Shown piece after piece: positions 38,184-47,189 of a DNA stretch of 64,000 bases. The translations under genes and the position numbers were made by a program. Location: assembly GCA_045657845.1 (NCBI GenBank), contig JAZOTY010000139.1:2830-66829 (forward strand), read 5' to 3'. Source of the DNA: Acutalibacteraceae bacterium (GTDB lineage Bacteria; Bacillota; Clostridia; Oscillospirales; Acutalibacteraceae). Under the pieces are notes generated by a model. That model saw only the letters and a list, made by a program, of their open reading frames with translations. It did no database searches and was not told where the DNA came from. Within the stretch, counting starts at the first letter, position 1; every line of letters begins with the position of its first letter.

Positions 38184-39100
38184 CCGGCATCATCTGTCTT
38201 CGCAAGCCGGAAGGCATCACGTCGTTCCAGGCCGTACGGAAGGTCCGGGGCATCACCGGGGAGAAGAAGGCGGGCCACTGCGGCACGCTCGACCCCGACG
38301 CGACCGGCGTCCTGCCCGTCATGCTCGGCGGAGCCACCCGGTTTCTCGAGTACCTGCCCACGACCCCGAAGCAGTACCGCGCGGTCATGAAACTGGGCGT
38401 CGTCACGGACACCCTCGACCTCACCGGCACCGTCCTTGAAACGAGGGACGTCGCGGCGGGGAGAGAGGAGGTCAGTTCGGTCCTAGGGCGTTTCCGCGGG
38501 GACATCCTGCAGGTGCCGCCCATGTATTCGGCCATCAAGAAAGACGGCGTGCGGCTCTACGACCTTGCCCGGAAGGGCGTGGAAGTGGAGCGGGAAGCGC
38601 GGCCGGTCACTATTTTTGAACTGGAATTACTGCCGGACGGAACAGACGGCACAGACCCCTCCGCGGGGGAGTATGTTCTGGACGTCACCTGCTCCGGCGG
38701 CACTTATATCCGGACCCTCATCGACGACATCGGGGCAGCGCTCGGCTGCGGCGCCTCCATGGCGGCTCTTCTGCGGACGCAGGTCGGCGAATTCACGCTG
38801 GACCGGGCGGTCACGCTCGAAGACCTCGAAGACGCGCGGGACGCCGGGACCCTCGATGAGCAGGTCATGCCCCTCGAGGAGGCGCTCCGCTTCCTGGACG
38901 CGGTCACGGTGACCGCTCCGCAGGGCAACCGGTTCCGGAACGGCGGCGATCTTTTCCTCGACCGCCTTCCTTTCCCGGAGACGCCGGACGACGGCACGCT
39001 CCTCCGGGTCTTTTCCCAAAATCAGGAATTCCTCGGACTGGGGGAAGTCTGCCGGGAGACCGGCATGCTGGCGGTCCGGAGAGTTTTCGTAAACAGGTGA
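38180..39100 (+). CDS. truB: tRNA pseudouridine(55) synthase
   Basis: The ATG at 38180 overlaps the nrnA stop (ATGA). 306 aa with the GHCGTLDPDATGVLPV catalytic motif. Confidence 0.93.
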   Translation: MTGIICLRKPEGITSFQAVRKVRGITGEKKAGHCGTLDPDATGVLPVMLGGATRFLEYLPTTPKQYRAVMKLGVVTDTLDLTGTVLETRDVAAGREEVSSVLGRFRGDILQVPPMYSAIKKDGVRLYDLARKGVEVEREARPVTIFELELLPDGTDGTDPSAGEYVLDVTCSGGTYIRTLIDDIGAALGCGASMAALLRTQVGEFTLDRAVTLEDLEDARDAGTLDEQVMPLEEALRFLDAVTVTAPQGNRFRNGGDLFLDRLPFPETPDDGTLLRVFSQNQEFLGLGEVCRETGMLAVRRVFVNR

Positions 39101-39104
39101 ACCC

Positions 39105-40016
39105 ATGTACAACGAATTCATGCAAAAGGGCTCTGTCGTGGCCCTCGGCAGTTTTGACGGCCTCCATCTCGGACATATGGCGGTCATCAACAATGCCAAA
39201 AACCTGGCGACCATGCTCGACGCGGTGCCCTGCATCTGCACCTTCTCCGAGCATCCCCTCAAAGTGCTCGCCGGCAAAGAGCCTCCGGCACTGTTCTCGG
39301 GCGATGTGAAGGACGAGGCGTTCCGCAGCACCGGCATCGAAGTCGTCAAGCTGGACTTTGCGTCCATCATGCATATGAGCCCCGAGGCCTTCTTTGAAGA
39401 GATCCTCGTGAAGACGCTCCATGTGGCAGGCGTCTGCTGCGGATTCAACTACACCTTTGGCGACAAGGGGAAGGGGACTCCGGAGATGCTCGACCGCATG
39501 TGCGCGGAAAGCGGCGTCGTCTTCGAAGAGGCGGAGGCCACGGTCCTCGACGGCACTCCCGTCAGTTCGACCCGGATCCGCAACGCGCTGGCGGGCGGCA
39601 ACGTCGAACTCGCCAACCGGATGCTCGGCCGTCCCTTCAAGTACCGCCAGCAGGTGGTCGACGGGGACAAACGCGGCCGCACCTGGGGCATCCCGACCAT
39701 CAACCAGCCCTATCCGGAGGAACTGGTCATCCCGCGCCACGGCGTCTACGCCTCCAAGTGTGTCGTCGACGGCAGGTCCTATTTCGGCGCCACCAACATC
39801 GGCGTCCGGCCGACGGTCCGCGAGAACGACGTCCTGTCGAGCGAGACCTACCTCCTCGATTACGAGGGAGATCTCTACGGGAAATACGTCGACGTCAGCC
39901 TTCTCAAATTCCTCCGACCGGAGAAGAAATTCGAGTCGTTCGAAGCGCTCGAGGAGCAGATCCGCACCGATATCGCGACCATTCGAACGATCGGAGAACT
40001 CGACATCCTCGGCTGA
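39105..40016 (+). CDS. ribF: Bifunctional riboflavin kinase / FMN adenylyltransferase
   Basis: 303 aa. GSFDGLHLGH plus a C-terminal riboflavin kinase domain (PTINQ...GATNIG). Confidence 0.92.
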   Translation: MYNEFMQKGSVVALGSFDGLHLGHMAVINNAKNLATMLDAVPCICTFSEHPLKVLAGKEPPALFSGDVKDEAFRSTGIEVVKLDFASIMHMSPEAFFEEILVKTLHVAGVCCGFNYTFGDKGKGTPEMLDRMCAESGVVFEEAEATVLDGTPVSSTRIRNALAGGNVELANRMLGRPFKYRQQVVDGDKRGRTWGIPTINQPYPEELVIPRHGVYASKCVVDGRSYFGATNIGVRPTVRENDVLSSETYLLDYEGDLYGKYVDVSLLKFLRPEKKFESFEALEEQIRTDIATIRTIGELDILG

Positions 40017-40039
40017 TTCCCGGCTAAAAAGGTTTTTTC

Positions 40040-40068
40040 TTTACAATTGAAAAGACCTGTGCTATACT
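40040..40068 (+). promoter_or_regulatory. Putative promoter for rpsO
   Basis: TTTACA (40040-40045), N17, TATACT (40063-40068). Confidence 0.55.
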
Positions 40069-40172
40069 ACACACGCTCATTTCTCGGAGAACGGAGTAAA
40101 CTTACCAACTGTAAGTCATCACCGGCCGCTCCCTGGGAAGTCTGCACTATATTTTGAATGAGGTGAAACAAC

Positions 40173-40436
40173 ATGACTCAGCAGGAAAAACAGGAAATCA
40201 TGAAAGAGTACGCGACCCACGAAGGCGACACCGGTTCTCCCGAGGTCCAGATCGCAGTGCTCACCAAACGCATCAACGACCTGAATGCTCATCTGAAAGA
40301 GCATCCGCATGACCATCACTCCAGAAGAGGTCTTCTGAAGATGGTCGGTCACAGAAGAAACCTTCTGAAGTACCTTGCAAAGGTCGACATCGAGAGATAC
40401 AGAGCTCTCGTCAAGAAGCTCGGTCTCCGTAAGTAA
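40173..40436 (+). CDS. rpsO: 30S ribosomal protein S15
   Basis: 87 aa, [45 protein letters not shown]. Confidence 0.97.
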   Translation: MTQQEKQEIMKEYATHEGDTGSPEVQIAVLTKRINDLNAHLKEHPHDHHSRRGLLKMVGHRRNLLKYLAKVDIERYRALVKKLGLRK

Positions 40437-40445
40437 GTCCTTCAT

Positions 40446-40477
40446 CAGGCAGGTAGCATTTCCTTGCTGCCTGCCTG
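40446..40477 (+). promoter_or_regulatory. rpsO-pnp intercistronic stem-loop (attenuator / RNase III-type processing hairpin)
   Basis: 13-bp stem CAGGCAGGTAGCA / TGCTGCCTGCCTG with a 6-nt loop and no U-tract. Its position is analogous to the known rpsO-pnp hairpin. Confidence 0.55.
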
Positions 40478-40632
40478 CTTGACGTTATCGGGAGGTCTCG
40501 CAGAGTCCGCCGTATAAGGGTTAGCAGTGAATCAAGTACCCGAAGTTTTTCGGATATTTCATTTATTGCTAAACCTTTGGACAAGCAGATCCTCCCGCCA
40601 TGAAATCTCAAAAATGAAAGAGAGGATTAGAC

Positions 40633-42837
40633 ATGTTTTTTGAAAACTACAAAGTGTATGAGACCACTCTGGCCGGCCGTCCGCTGAAACTGGAAACCGG
40701 CAAAATGGCTCAGCTCGCCAACGCCGCCGTCCTGGCCAGCTACGGCGAAACGGTCGTGCTCTGCACCGTGACCGCATCTGACAAACCCCGGGAAGGCATC
40801 GATTTCTTCCCGCTCTCCGTCGACTTCGAGGAGAAAATGTACTCTGTCGGCCGCATCCCCGGCTCCTTCCAGAGAAGAGAGAGCAGACCGTCTGAAAAGG
40901 CGATCCTTGCGTCCCGCTGCATCGACCGACCCATCCGCCCGCTGTTCCCGAAGGACCTGCGCAACGACTGCACCGTCATCGCGACGGTCATGAGCGTCGA
41001 CCCGGACTGCTCCCCCGAGGTAGCGGCCGCCATCGGCGTCTCCACCGCCATTGCCATCTCCGACATCCCGTGGGACGGCCCCATCTCCTCCGTTCAGGTC
41101 GGTCTCGTCGACGGCGAGATCATCATCAACCCGAACTTCGAGCAGAGAGCCGCTTCCGACCTCAAACTGACCGTTTCTTCCACCGAAGACCTGGTCGCCA
41201 TGATCGAGGCCGGCGGCAACGAGATCTCCGAAGACGTCATGTTCGACGCCATCATGGCCGCTCATGAAGCGAACAAGGAAGTCGTCAAATTCATCAACGG
41301 CATCGTTGCCGAGATCGGCAAAGAGAAGTTCACCTACGAGTCCTCCAACCCCGATCCCGCCATCATGGAAGAGATCGAGAACTGGGTCGTCGAGGACGTC
41401 AAGAAGGCTCTTGACACCGACGACAAGCGCATCCGCGATGAGCGCATCCGCCCCATCTCCGATGCCATCCACGAGAAATACGATGAGCAGTTCGAAGGCA
41501 ACGAAGGCAAACTGGACGAGATCCTTTACCTCATCCAGAAGCACGTCGTCCGCAGCTGGCTGAAAGACGAGCACAAGCGCGTCGACGGCCGCGGCATCGA
41601 TGAGATCCGTCCTCTGAACGCCGAGATCGACCTCCTTCCGAGAGTCCACGGTTCCGGTATGTTCACGAGAGGCCAGACTCAGGTCCTGTCCATCGCCACC
41701 CTCGCTCCTCTGTCCGATGCCCAGAAACTCGACGGCATCGACGAAGAGACCGAGAAGCGCTACATGCATCAGTACAACTTCCCGTCCTACTCGGTCGGTG
41801 AGACCAGACCCTCCCGCGGCCCCGGCCGTCGTGAGATCGGCCACGGCGCCCTCGCCGAGAAGGCCCTCGTCCCGGTCCTCCCGAGCATCGAGGAGTTCCC
41901 GTACGCCATGCGTGTCGTCTCCGAAGTCCTGTCCTCCAACGGTTCGACTTCCCAGGCGTCCATCTGCGGTTCCACCCTGTCCCTGATGGCAGCCGGTGTC
42001 CCGATCAAGGCTCCGGTCGCCGGCATCTCCTGCGGCCTCATCACCGGTGACGAAGGCGTCTACGGCGACTTCATGACCATGGTCGACATCCAGGGCCTCG
42101 AGGACTTCTACGGCGACATGGACTTCAAAGTCGCCGGTACCAAGAAGGGTATCACCGCCATCCAGATGGACCTCAAGGTCCACGGCCTGACCCCCGAGAT
42201 CATCCGCGAAGCCTTCACCAAGACGAAGACCGCGAGAGAATACATCCTCGACGACATCATGGCTCCGGTCATCGCCGAGCCGCGCGCCGAGCTGTCCAAG
42301 TACGCTCCGAAGATGCTCACCACCAAGATCGATCCCGAAAAGATCGGTGACGTCATCGGCAAGCAGGGCAAGGTCATCCAGAAGATCCAGGCCGAATGCG
42401 AATGCAAGATCGACATCGACGATGACGGTAACGTATTCGTCTCCTGCCAGGACATCGACAACGCTCAGAGAGCGCTGTTCATGGTCGAGACCATCGCCAA
42501 CGATCCCGAGATCGGTGCCATCTACAAGGGCGTCGTCACCCGCCTCATGAGCTTCGGCGCGTTCGTTGAGATCGCTCCCGGCAAGGAAGGCCTCGTCCAC
42601 ATCTCCCGCCTCGATGTCAAACGCACCGAGCGTGTCGAAGATGTCGTTGCCGTCGGCGATGAAGTCATCGTCAAGGTCATCGAGATCGACGACCAGGGCC
42701 GGATCAATCTCTCCAGAAGAGACGCTCTCATCGAGGTCGAAGGTGCCGTTCCGGAGAACGACATCGAAGAGGAAGAGAGACCCCGCCGCAGAAACAACGA
42801 CCGTGGCGGCTACCGCCGCGGCGGCCGCAGAAACTGA
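40633..42837 (+). CDS. pnp: Polyribonucleotide nucleotidyltransferase (PNPase)
   Basis: 734 aa with two RNase PH domains, KH and S1 (GVVTRLMSFGAFVE), and an Arg/Gly-rich tail. Confidence 0.97.
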   Translation: MFFENYKVYETTLAGRPLKLETGKMAQLANAAVLASYGETVVLCTVTASDKPREGIDFFPLSVDFEEKMYSVGRIPGSFQRRESRPSEKAILASRCIDRPIRPLFPKDLRNDCTVIATVMSVDPDCSPEVAAAIGVSTAIAISDIPWDGPISSVQVGLVDGEIIINPNFEQRAASDLKLTVSSTEDLVAMIEAGGNEISEDVMFDAIMAAHEANKEVVKFINGIVAEIGKEKFTYESSNPDPAIMEEIENWVVEDVKKALDTDDKRIRDERIRPISDAIHEKYDEQFEGNEGKLDEILYLIQKHVVRSWLKDEHKRVDGRGIDEIRPLNAEIDLLPRVHGSGMFTRGQTQVLSIATLAPLSDAQKLDGIDEETEKRYMHQYNFPSYSVGETRPSRGPGRREIGHGALAEKALVPVLPSIEEFPYAMRVVSEVLSSNGSTSQASICGSTLSLMAAGVPIKAPVAGISCGLITGDEGVYGDFMTMVDIQGLEDFYGDMDFKVAGTKKGITAIQMDLKVHGLTPEIIREAFTKTKTAREYILDDIMAPVIAEPRAELSKYAPKMLTTKIDPEKIGDVIGKQGKVIQKIQAECECKIDIDDDGNVFVSCQDIDNAQRALFMVETIANDPEIGAIYKGVVTRLMSFGAFVEIAPGKEGLVHISRLDVKRTERVEDVVAVGDEVIVKVIEIDDQGRINLSRRDALIEVEGAVPENDIEEEERPRRRNNDRGGYRRGGRRN

Positions 42838-42856
42838 GCGGTAACACTGACTGAAA

Positions 42857-42896
42857 AATGCCTGCTTTGACTTATGTCAGGGCAGGCATTATTATT
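42857..42896 (+). terminator. Possible terminator after pnp (weak U-tract)
   Basis: AATGCCTGC / GCAGGCATT stem with an inner TGAC..GTCA, followed by ATTATTATT. Confidence 0.45.
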
Positions 42897-42931
42897 AGAC
42901 GTTAGAAAGAAGAAAAGGAGGTGGAAGCAGA

Positions 42932-44800
42932 ATGGACGCACGACTCGAGAAGATCCTGCCGCTCGTGCAGAAGCCCGGCCGCTACATCGGCGGGGAGCTG
43001 AACAGCGTCGAAAAAGACCCGTCGACCGTCGACATGCGTTTCGCGTTCTGTTTCCCCGACACCTATGAGATCGGCATGTCCCACCTCGGCATCAAGATCC
43101 TCTACTACCTCATCAACGAGCGGGAGGACGCCTACTGCGAGCGGGTCTTCGCGCCCTGGCTCGACATGGAGGAACAGATGCGCAGGGTCGGCCTGCCCCT
43201 CTTCACGCTCGAGACGGGGACGCCGCTCTCGGAGTTCGACCTCATCGGGTTCACGCTCCAGTACGAGATGTCCTTCACGACCTGTCTCTACATGCTCGAA
43301 CTCGGCGGCGTGCCGCTGCTTTCGAAGGACCGGCACAGCCTGAAAAACCTCGTCGTGGGCGGCGGCCCCTGCGCCTGCAACCCGGAGCCCATCGCGGACT
43401 TTTTCGACCTCTTCATGCTCGGCGACGGGGAAGAGGTCATGATGGACCTCCTCGACCTCTACAGGGAATACAAGGAGCAGGGCGCGTCCAAAGAGGAGTT
43501 CCTGAAGGCGGCCTCCCACATCGGCGGCATCTACGTCCCGTCCCTCTACGACGTCGCGTACCACGAAGACGGCACCGTCAAATCGGTCTCTCCCGTGGGC
43601 GATGCACCGGCCGTGGTCCGCAAACGTGTCGTCGCAGACCTTGACGCCGCGTTTTATCCCGACAGGTTCCTCGTGCCCTACATCGACATCGTCCATGACC
43701 GGGCCGTCGAGGAGATCTACCGGGGCTGCATCCGCGGCTGCCGGTTCTGTCAGGCGGGATTCTTATATCGCCCCATCCGGGAAAAGAGCGTGGACACCAT
43801 CAACGCGCAGGCGAAGAGCCTCTGCGAGTCGACGGGGTACGATGAGATCTCGGTCATCTCGCTGTCCACCTCCGACTACTCCGGCATCCAGCCGCTGCTG
43901 TCCGACATGGCGGACTGGACCGCGGAACAGAAGATCAACATCTCGCTGCCGTCGCTCCGGATCGACACGTTCTCGGACGAACTCGTGGAGAAGCTGAACC
44001 TCATCCGCCGCAGCGGCCTGACCTTCGCGCCGGAGGCCGGCTCCCAGCGGATGCGGGACGTCATCAACAAGAACATCACGGAAGAGGACATCATGAAGTC
44101 CGTGCGCATCGCCTTCGCGAACAACTACGCGACAGTCAAGCTGTACTTCATGCTGGGCCTCCCTTATGAGACGATGGAAGACGTCGAGGCCATCGTGGAC
44201 CTCGGCAAACAGATCGTCGATGCCTTTTACCGGAACCCGGACCGGGTCAAGGGGCGGCACCTCACGGTGAACATCAGCGCGTCGCCCTTCGTGCCGAAAC
44301 CCTTCACGCCCTTCCAATGGGAACCGCAGGACACGAAAGCGTCCATCGAGGAGAAACAGGAACGGCTCCACGAACTGGCGGCGAAGACCCGGCTCCACAT
44401 CTCGAGCCATCATTCCGACACCATCTTCCTCGAGGCGGCGTTCGCCCGGGGAGACCGGCGGCTCTGCAAGGTCATTCAGAAGGCCTTTGAAAAGGGCTGC
44501 TACTTCGACTCCTGGGACAACTGCTTCGACATCGACAAGTGGATGGAGGCGTTCGAGGAGTGCGGGCTGGACCCGGCGTTCTATTCGAACCGCCGTCGCA
44601 GCTACGACGAAGTGCTCCCCTGGGACCACCTCGACAACGGCCCGTCCAAGGAGTTCCTCATCCGGGAAAACGAGAAGGCGAAAGAGGCGGCGGTCACGCC
44701 GAACTGCCGGGAGCAGTGTTCGAACTGCGGCGCCCAGCGGCTGAACGGCGGAAAATGTGACGCCCTTCTGAAGATCGACCGGGGGAGGGAAGCGGTATGA
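42932..44800 (+). CDS. Radical SAM protein, TIGR03960-like (B12-binding-like N-domain)
   Basis: 622 aa. KPGRYIGGELNSV N-terminus and a CIRGCRFCQAG (CxxxCxxC) cluster motif. Confidence 0.85.
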   Translation: MDARLEKILPLVQKPGRYIGGELNSVEKDPSTVDMRFAFCFPDTYEIGMSHLGIKILYYLINEREDAYCERVFAPWLDMEEQMRRVGLPLFTLETGTPLSEFDLIGFTLQYEMSFTTCLYMLELGGVPLLSKDRHSLKNLVVGGGPCACNPEPIADFFDLFMLGDGEEVMMDLLDLYREYKEQGASKEEFLKAASHIGGIYVPSLYDVAYHEDGTVKSVSPVGDAPAVVRKRVVADLDAAFYPDRFLVPYIDIVHDRAVEEIYRGCIRGCRFCQAGFLYRPIREKSVDTINAQAKSLCESTGYDEISVISLSTSDYSGIQPLLSDMADWTAEQKINISLPSLRIDTFSDELVEKLNLIRRSGLTFAPEAGSQRMRDVINKNITEEDIMKSVRIAFANNYATVKLYFMLGLPYETMEDVEAIVDLGKQIVDAFYRNPDRVKGRHLTVNISASPFVPKPFTPFQWEPQDTKASIEEKQERLHELAAKTRLHISSHHSDTIFLEAAFARGDRRLCKVIQKAFEKGCYFDSWDNCFDIDKWMEAFEECGLDPAFYSNRRRSYDEVLPWDHLDNGPSKEFLIRENEKAKEAAVTPNCREQCSNCGAQRLNGGKCDALLKIDRGREAV

Positions 44801-45471
44801 GAGACGTACGCATCCGCTTTTCCAAGACCGGGAAAGCCAAATACATTTCCCATCTCGACCTGACGCGGTGTTTTGCCAGAGCCATCTTCCGCGCGAAGAT
44901 CCCGCTCTGGTTCACGGAGGGGTTCAACCCCCGTCCGTACATGAACTTCACGAGCCCTCTGACCCTCGGGGCGGAGAGCCGCGCGGAGGCCCTCGACATC
45001 CGGCTCGAAGACGAGTCGATGACCGACGAAGAGGTGGCGTCCCGCCTTGGCGCCGTCATGCCGCCGGACATCCGCATCCTCAGTGCCGCGCCGCCGGTCT
45101 ACAAGATGAACCAGATCGAAGAGTCGCGGTACCGCGTGGAAGTCGAGCCGTCGAACGGCGACCCGGACGCTCTGGCAGAGGCGTTCCGACAGGTGTCGGA
45201 ACAGGAGCATCTGATCGTGGAGAAGTCCGGCAAGCGGGGAAAACGCAAGGTCATGAAACAGATCGACCTGAAAGAATACATCAAGGACCTGTCCATCGGG
45301 ACCGATGGGGAGCGCGTGGTCATGGAAGTGACCCTGCCGTCCTCGTCGCAGTTCGGCGTGAACCCGCGCCTGTTCCTCGACAAGTTCCTGAGTGAGACCG
45401 GGGAGGAACCGGTCCGGATCCGTATGATGCGGGAGGCGATGTACATCGCCGACGGCGTCCTGTTTGAATAA
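44797..45471 (+). CDS. Radical-SAM-associated protein, TIGR03936/DUF2344-like
   Basis: 224 aa, RIRFSKTGKAKYISHLDLTRCFARAIFRAKIPLWFTEGFNPRP. 4-nt overlap with the radical SAM gene. Confidence 0.8.
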   Translation: MRDVRIRFSKTGKAKYISHLDLTRCFARAIFRAKIPLWFTEGFNPRPYMNFTSPLTLGAESRAEALDIRLEDESMTDEEVASRLGAVMPPDIRILSAAPPVYKMNQIEESRYRVEVEPSNGDPDALAEAFRQVSEQEHLIVEKSGKRGKRKVMKQIDLKEYIKDLSIGTDGERVVMEVTLPSSSQFGVNPRLFLDKFLSETGEEPVRIRMMREAMYIADGVLFE

Positions 45472-45489
45472 AAAAGAGGAGATCGCAAT

Positions 45490-46518
45490 ATGCCCGGAAG
45501 ATACAAGAAACTCGGTTTGAAAGACATCCGCTACAGCGGGAAATACATTCTGGCGAGCGTCATCGTCGAAGGTCTGCTCCTGGCCCCGAAGACCACCGTC
45601 CGGTGGCAGGGGAAAGAGGTGCAGATCGGCGGCATCATCCCGATGCTCCAGAAGGAGATCGCCGCGGGGATCCGCGACGGTCTGAACACGGTGCTGCCGA
45701 AAGCGGCGACGACGGTCGAGAACACGTTCCGCCAGACGCCGATCAAGGACGTCGCCATCGAGAAGATCCTCTGGTTCGTCTATGAATACATGAAGGACGT
45801 GACCCTGAACTCGCTCGTGACCGGCATCCTCGACCGCGCGAACCTGTCCGACACCATCAAGCTGGAAGGGCTGTTCCGCGACCGTCTGCAGGACGTCATC
45901 GACAGCAAGGACGACCGTGAGAAGCTGATCGCCGGACTGGCCGATTTCCTCATCCATACGGCCAACACCGTCTTTGCCGACACGTCCGTCGCCTCCTTCC
46001 TGAACGGCGGCCTCGGCGACAATGTGAAGGCGACGCTCGTCGACTATATCGACAAGGGGCTCGAGACGGAGCTCGGCAACACGGTCATCACCCGGGTCCT
46101 CGACGCGGTCGAGCAGTTCGAGACGCTGACCCTCGCGGGCTTCCTCGAGCGGTACTTCGACCTGCCCCGTCCGGCCTTTGAAAAGTTCCTGTCCGACACC
46201 TACGAGAAGTACCTCGGCACCCGGATGGTGGCCGACCTCTCGAACACCGGCCTCGGGGAACAGCTCTACACGAAGATCGCCGGCATGGATTACGATCAGG
46301 TCTTCCAGGACATCACGAAAAACCACTGGCGCGAGCTCGTCCAGGTGACGATGACGGCTGCCGGCGTCGGGATGTTCTTCCTGAACCGGTCGCGAAAAGT
46401 CGAGGCGAAACAGGAGAAAAAGACTGCGAAAAAGGCGAAGAAAGCCTATAAAAAGAGCAATAAAAAAGCCACTAAGGCAAACGCCAAAGCAGCGAAAAAA
46501 GCAAAGAAGAAAAAGTAA
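45490..46518 (+). CDS. Hypothetical protein with a C-terminal TM helix and a Lys-rich tail
   Basis: 342 aa with an AGAGGAG SD. Hydrophobic N-segment YILASVIVEGLLLA, a helical central part, a TM helix VTMTAAGVGMFFL and the tail KKTAKKAKKAYKKSNKKATKANAKAAKKAKKKK. Perhaps DUF445-like, but I cannot confirm this. Confidence 0.65.
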   Translation: MPGRYKKLGLKDIRYSGKYILASVIVEGLLLAPKTTVRWQGKEVQIGGIIPMLQKEIAAGIRDGLNTVLPKAATTVENTFRQTPIKDVAIEKILWFVYEYMKDVTLNSLVTGILDRANLSDTIKLEGLFRDRLQDVIDSKDDREKLIAGLADFLIHTANTVFADTSVASFLNGGLGDNVKATLVDYIDKGLETELGNTVITRVLDAVEQFETLTLAGFLERYFDLPRPAFEKFLSDTYEKYLGTRMVADLSNTGLGEQLYTKIAGMDYDQVFQDITKNHWRELVQVTMTAAGVGMFFLNRSRKVEAKQEKKTAKKAKKAYKKSNKKATKANAKAAKKAKKKK

Positions 46519-46616
46519 GACACCCAAAGAGTAAGATAGCCAAAGAGCAAGATGCCGGTGTTCCAACCGAATCGCTCGCCGGCACACCAAACTGCAATTC
46601 ATTTCAAATAAGCCAG

Positions 46617-46665
46617 AAGACCGCCGGTCCACCCGCAATTCGGTGCAACCGGCGGTCTTTTGACT
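46617..46665 (+). terminator. Probable terminator of the upstream gene; also the degenerate first unit of the 74-bp array
   Basis: 11-bp stem AAGACCGCCGG (46617-46627) / CCGGCGGTCTT (46649-46659), followed by TTGACTCTT (short U-tract). Confidence 0.5.
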
Positions 46666-46689
46666 CTTAAAGCTCTTTTGTCGCTCCAT

Positions 46690-47059
46690 TTACCGCCTGA
46701 TTTCCTGTTTTCGGCAATGCAGGCGGTAAGAATCAGAGTACTTTTCGGAGGGAAACGGCATTATTACCGCCGGTTTTCCCAAAGTAATAGAAATAGGCGG
46801 TAAAACAAGGGAAGGATTCTTCGGATCGCGCTCATATTTACCGCCTCTTTTCTCGATATCGAAGAATCAGGCGGTAAAAAGCCGGGAAAGCTCTTGATTG
46901 GACTCGCTTTTTTACCGCCGGTTTTCTCGATAATCGCAATCGCGGCGGTAAATCTCAGGAAAAGGACTTCGTTTTGCCTTTTCGATTACCGCCGGTTTTC
47001 GTGTTTCCGGCAAAAGAGGCGGTAAATGACGCTCTTTTTTGACGCCGGGGCTTCGTCGG
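46690..47059. repeat. Five tandem 74-bp units, each TTACCGCC-N24-GGCGGTAA-N34
   Basis: TTACCGCC at 46690, 46764, 46838, 46912 and 46986. GGCGGTAA at 46722, 46796, 46870, 46944 and 47018. The octamers and spacings are invariant; the interiors are about 50-70% identical. Confidence 0.95.
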
Positions 47060-47189
47060 AGGTCCACGGAGTCGGGGCAAAAAGCCCCTTGGTCCGGGAC
47101 CTGCGGCGCCTCCTCGCACCGGCTGAACGGTTCTCCCGGCAGGCCGAAGGGCACATCTGTCTTTTGGCCTGGTGTCTGCCCCACACAGC

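Noticed and set aside
46690-47059. Reading the 74-bp periodic array as a CRISPR array (roughly 40-nt repeat plus 34-nt spacer).
   Set aside because: Only the terminal octamers of the would-be repeat are conserved, and its interior is about 50-70% identical. The would-be spacers are homologous to one another, so the whole 74-bp unit is a diverged tandem duplication. No cas genes or leader are nearby.
47085-47110. SRP (4.5S/scRNA) RNA. The minus strand reads CAGGUCCCGGACCAAGG, reminiscent of the conserved CAGGUCCGGAAGGAAGCAGC of domain IV.
   Set aside because: The GGAA tetraloop and the symmetric-loop residues are not present, and the surrounding helices do not match. This is a superficial resemblance only.
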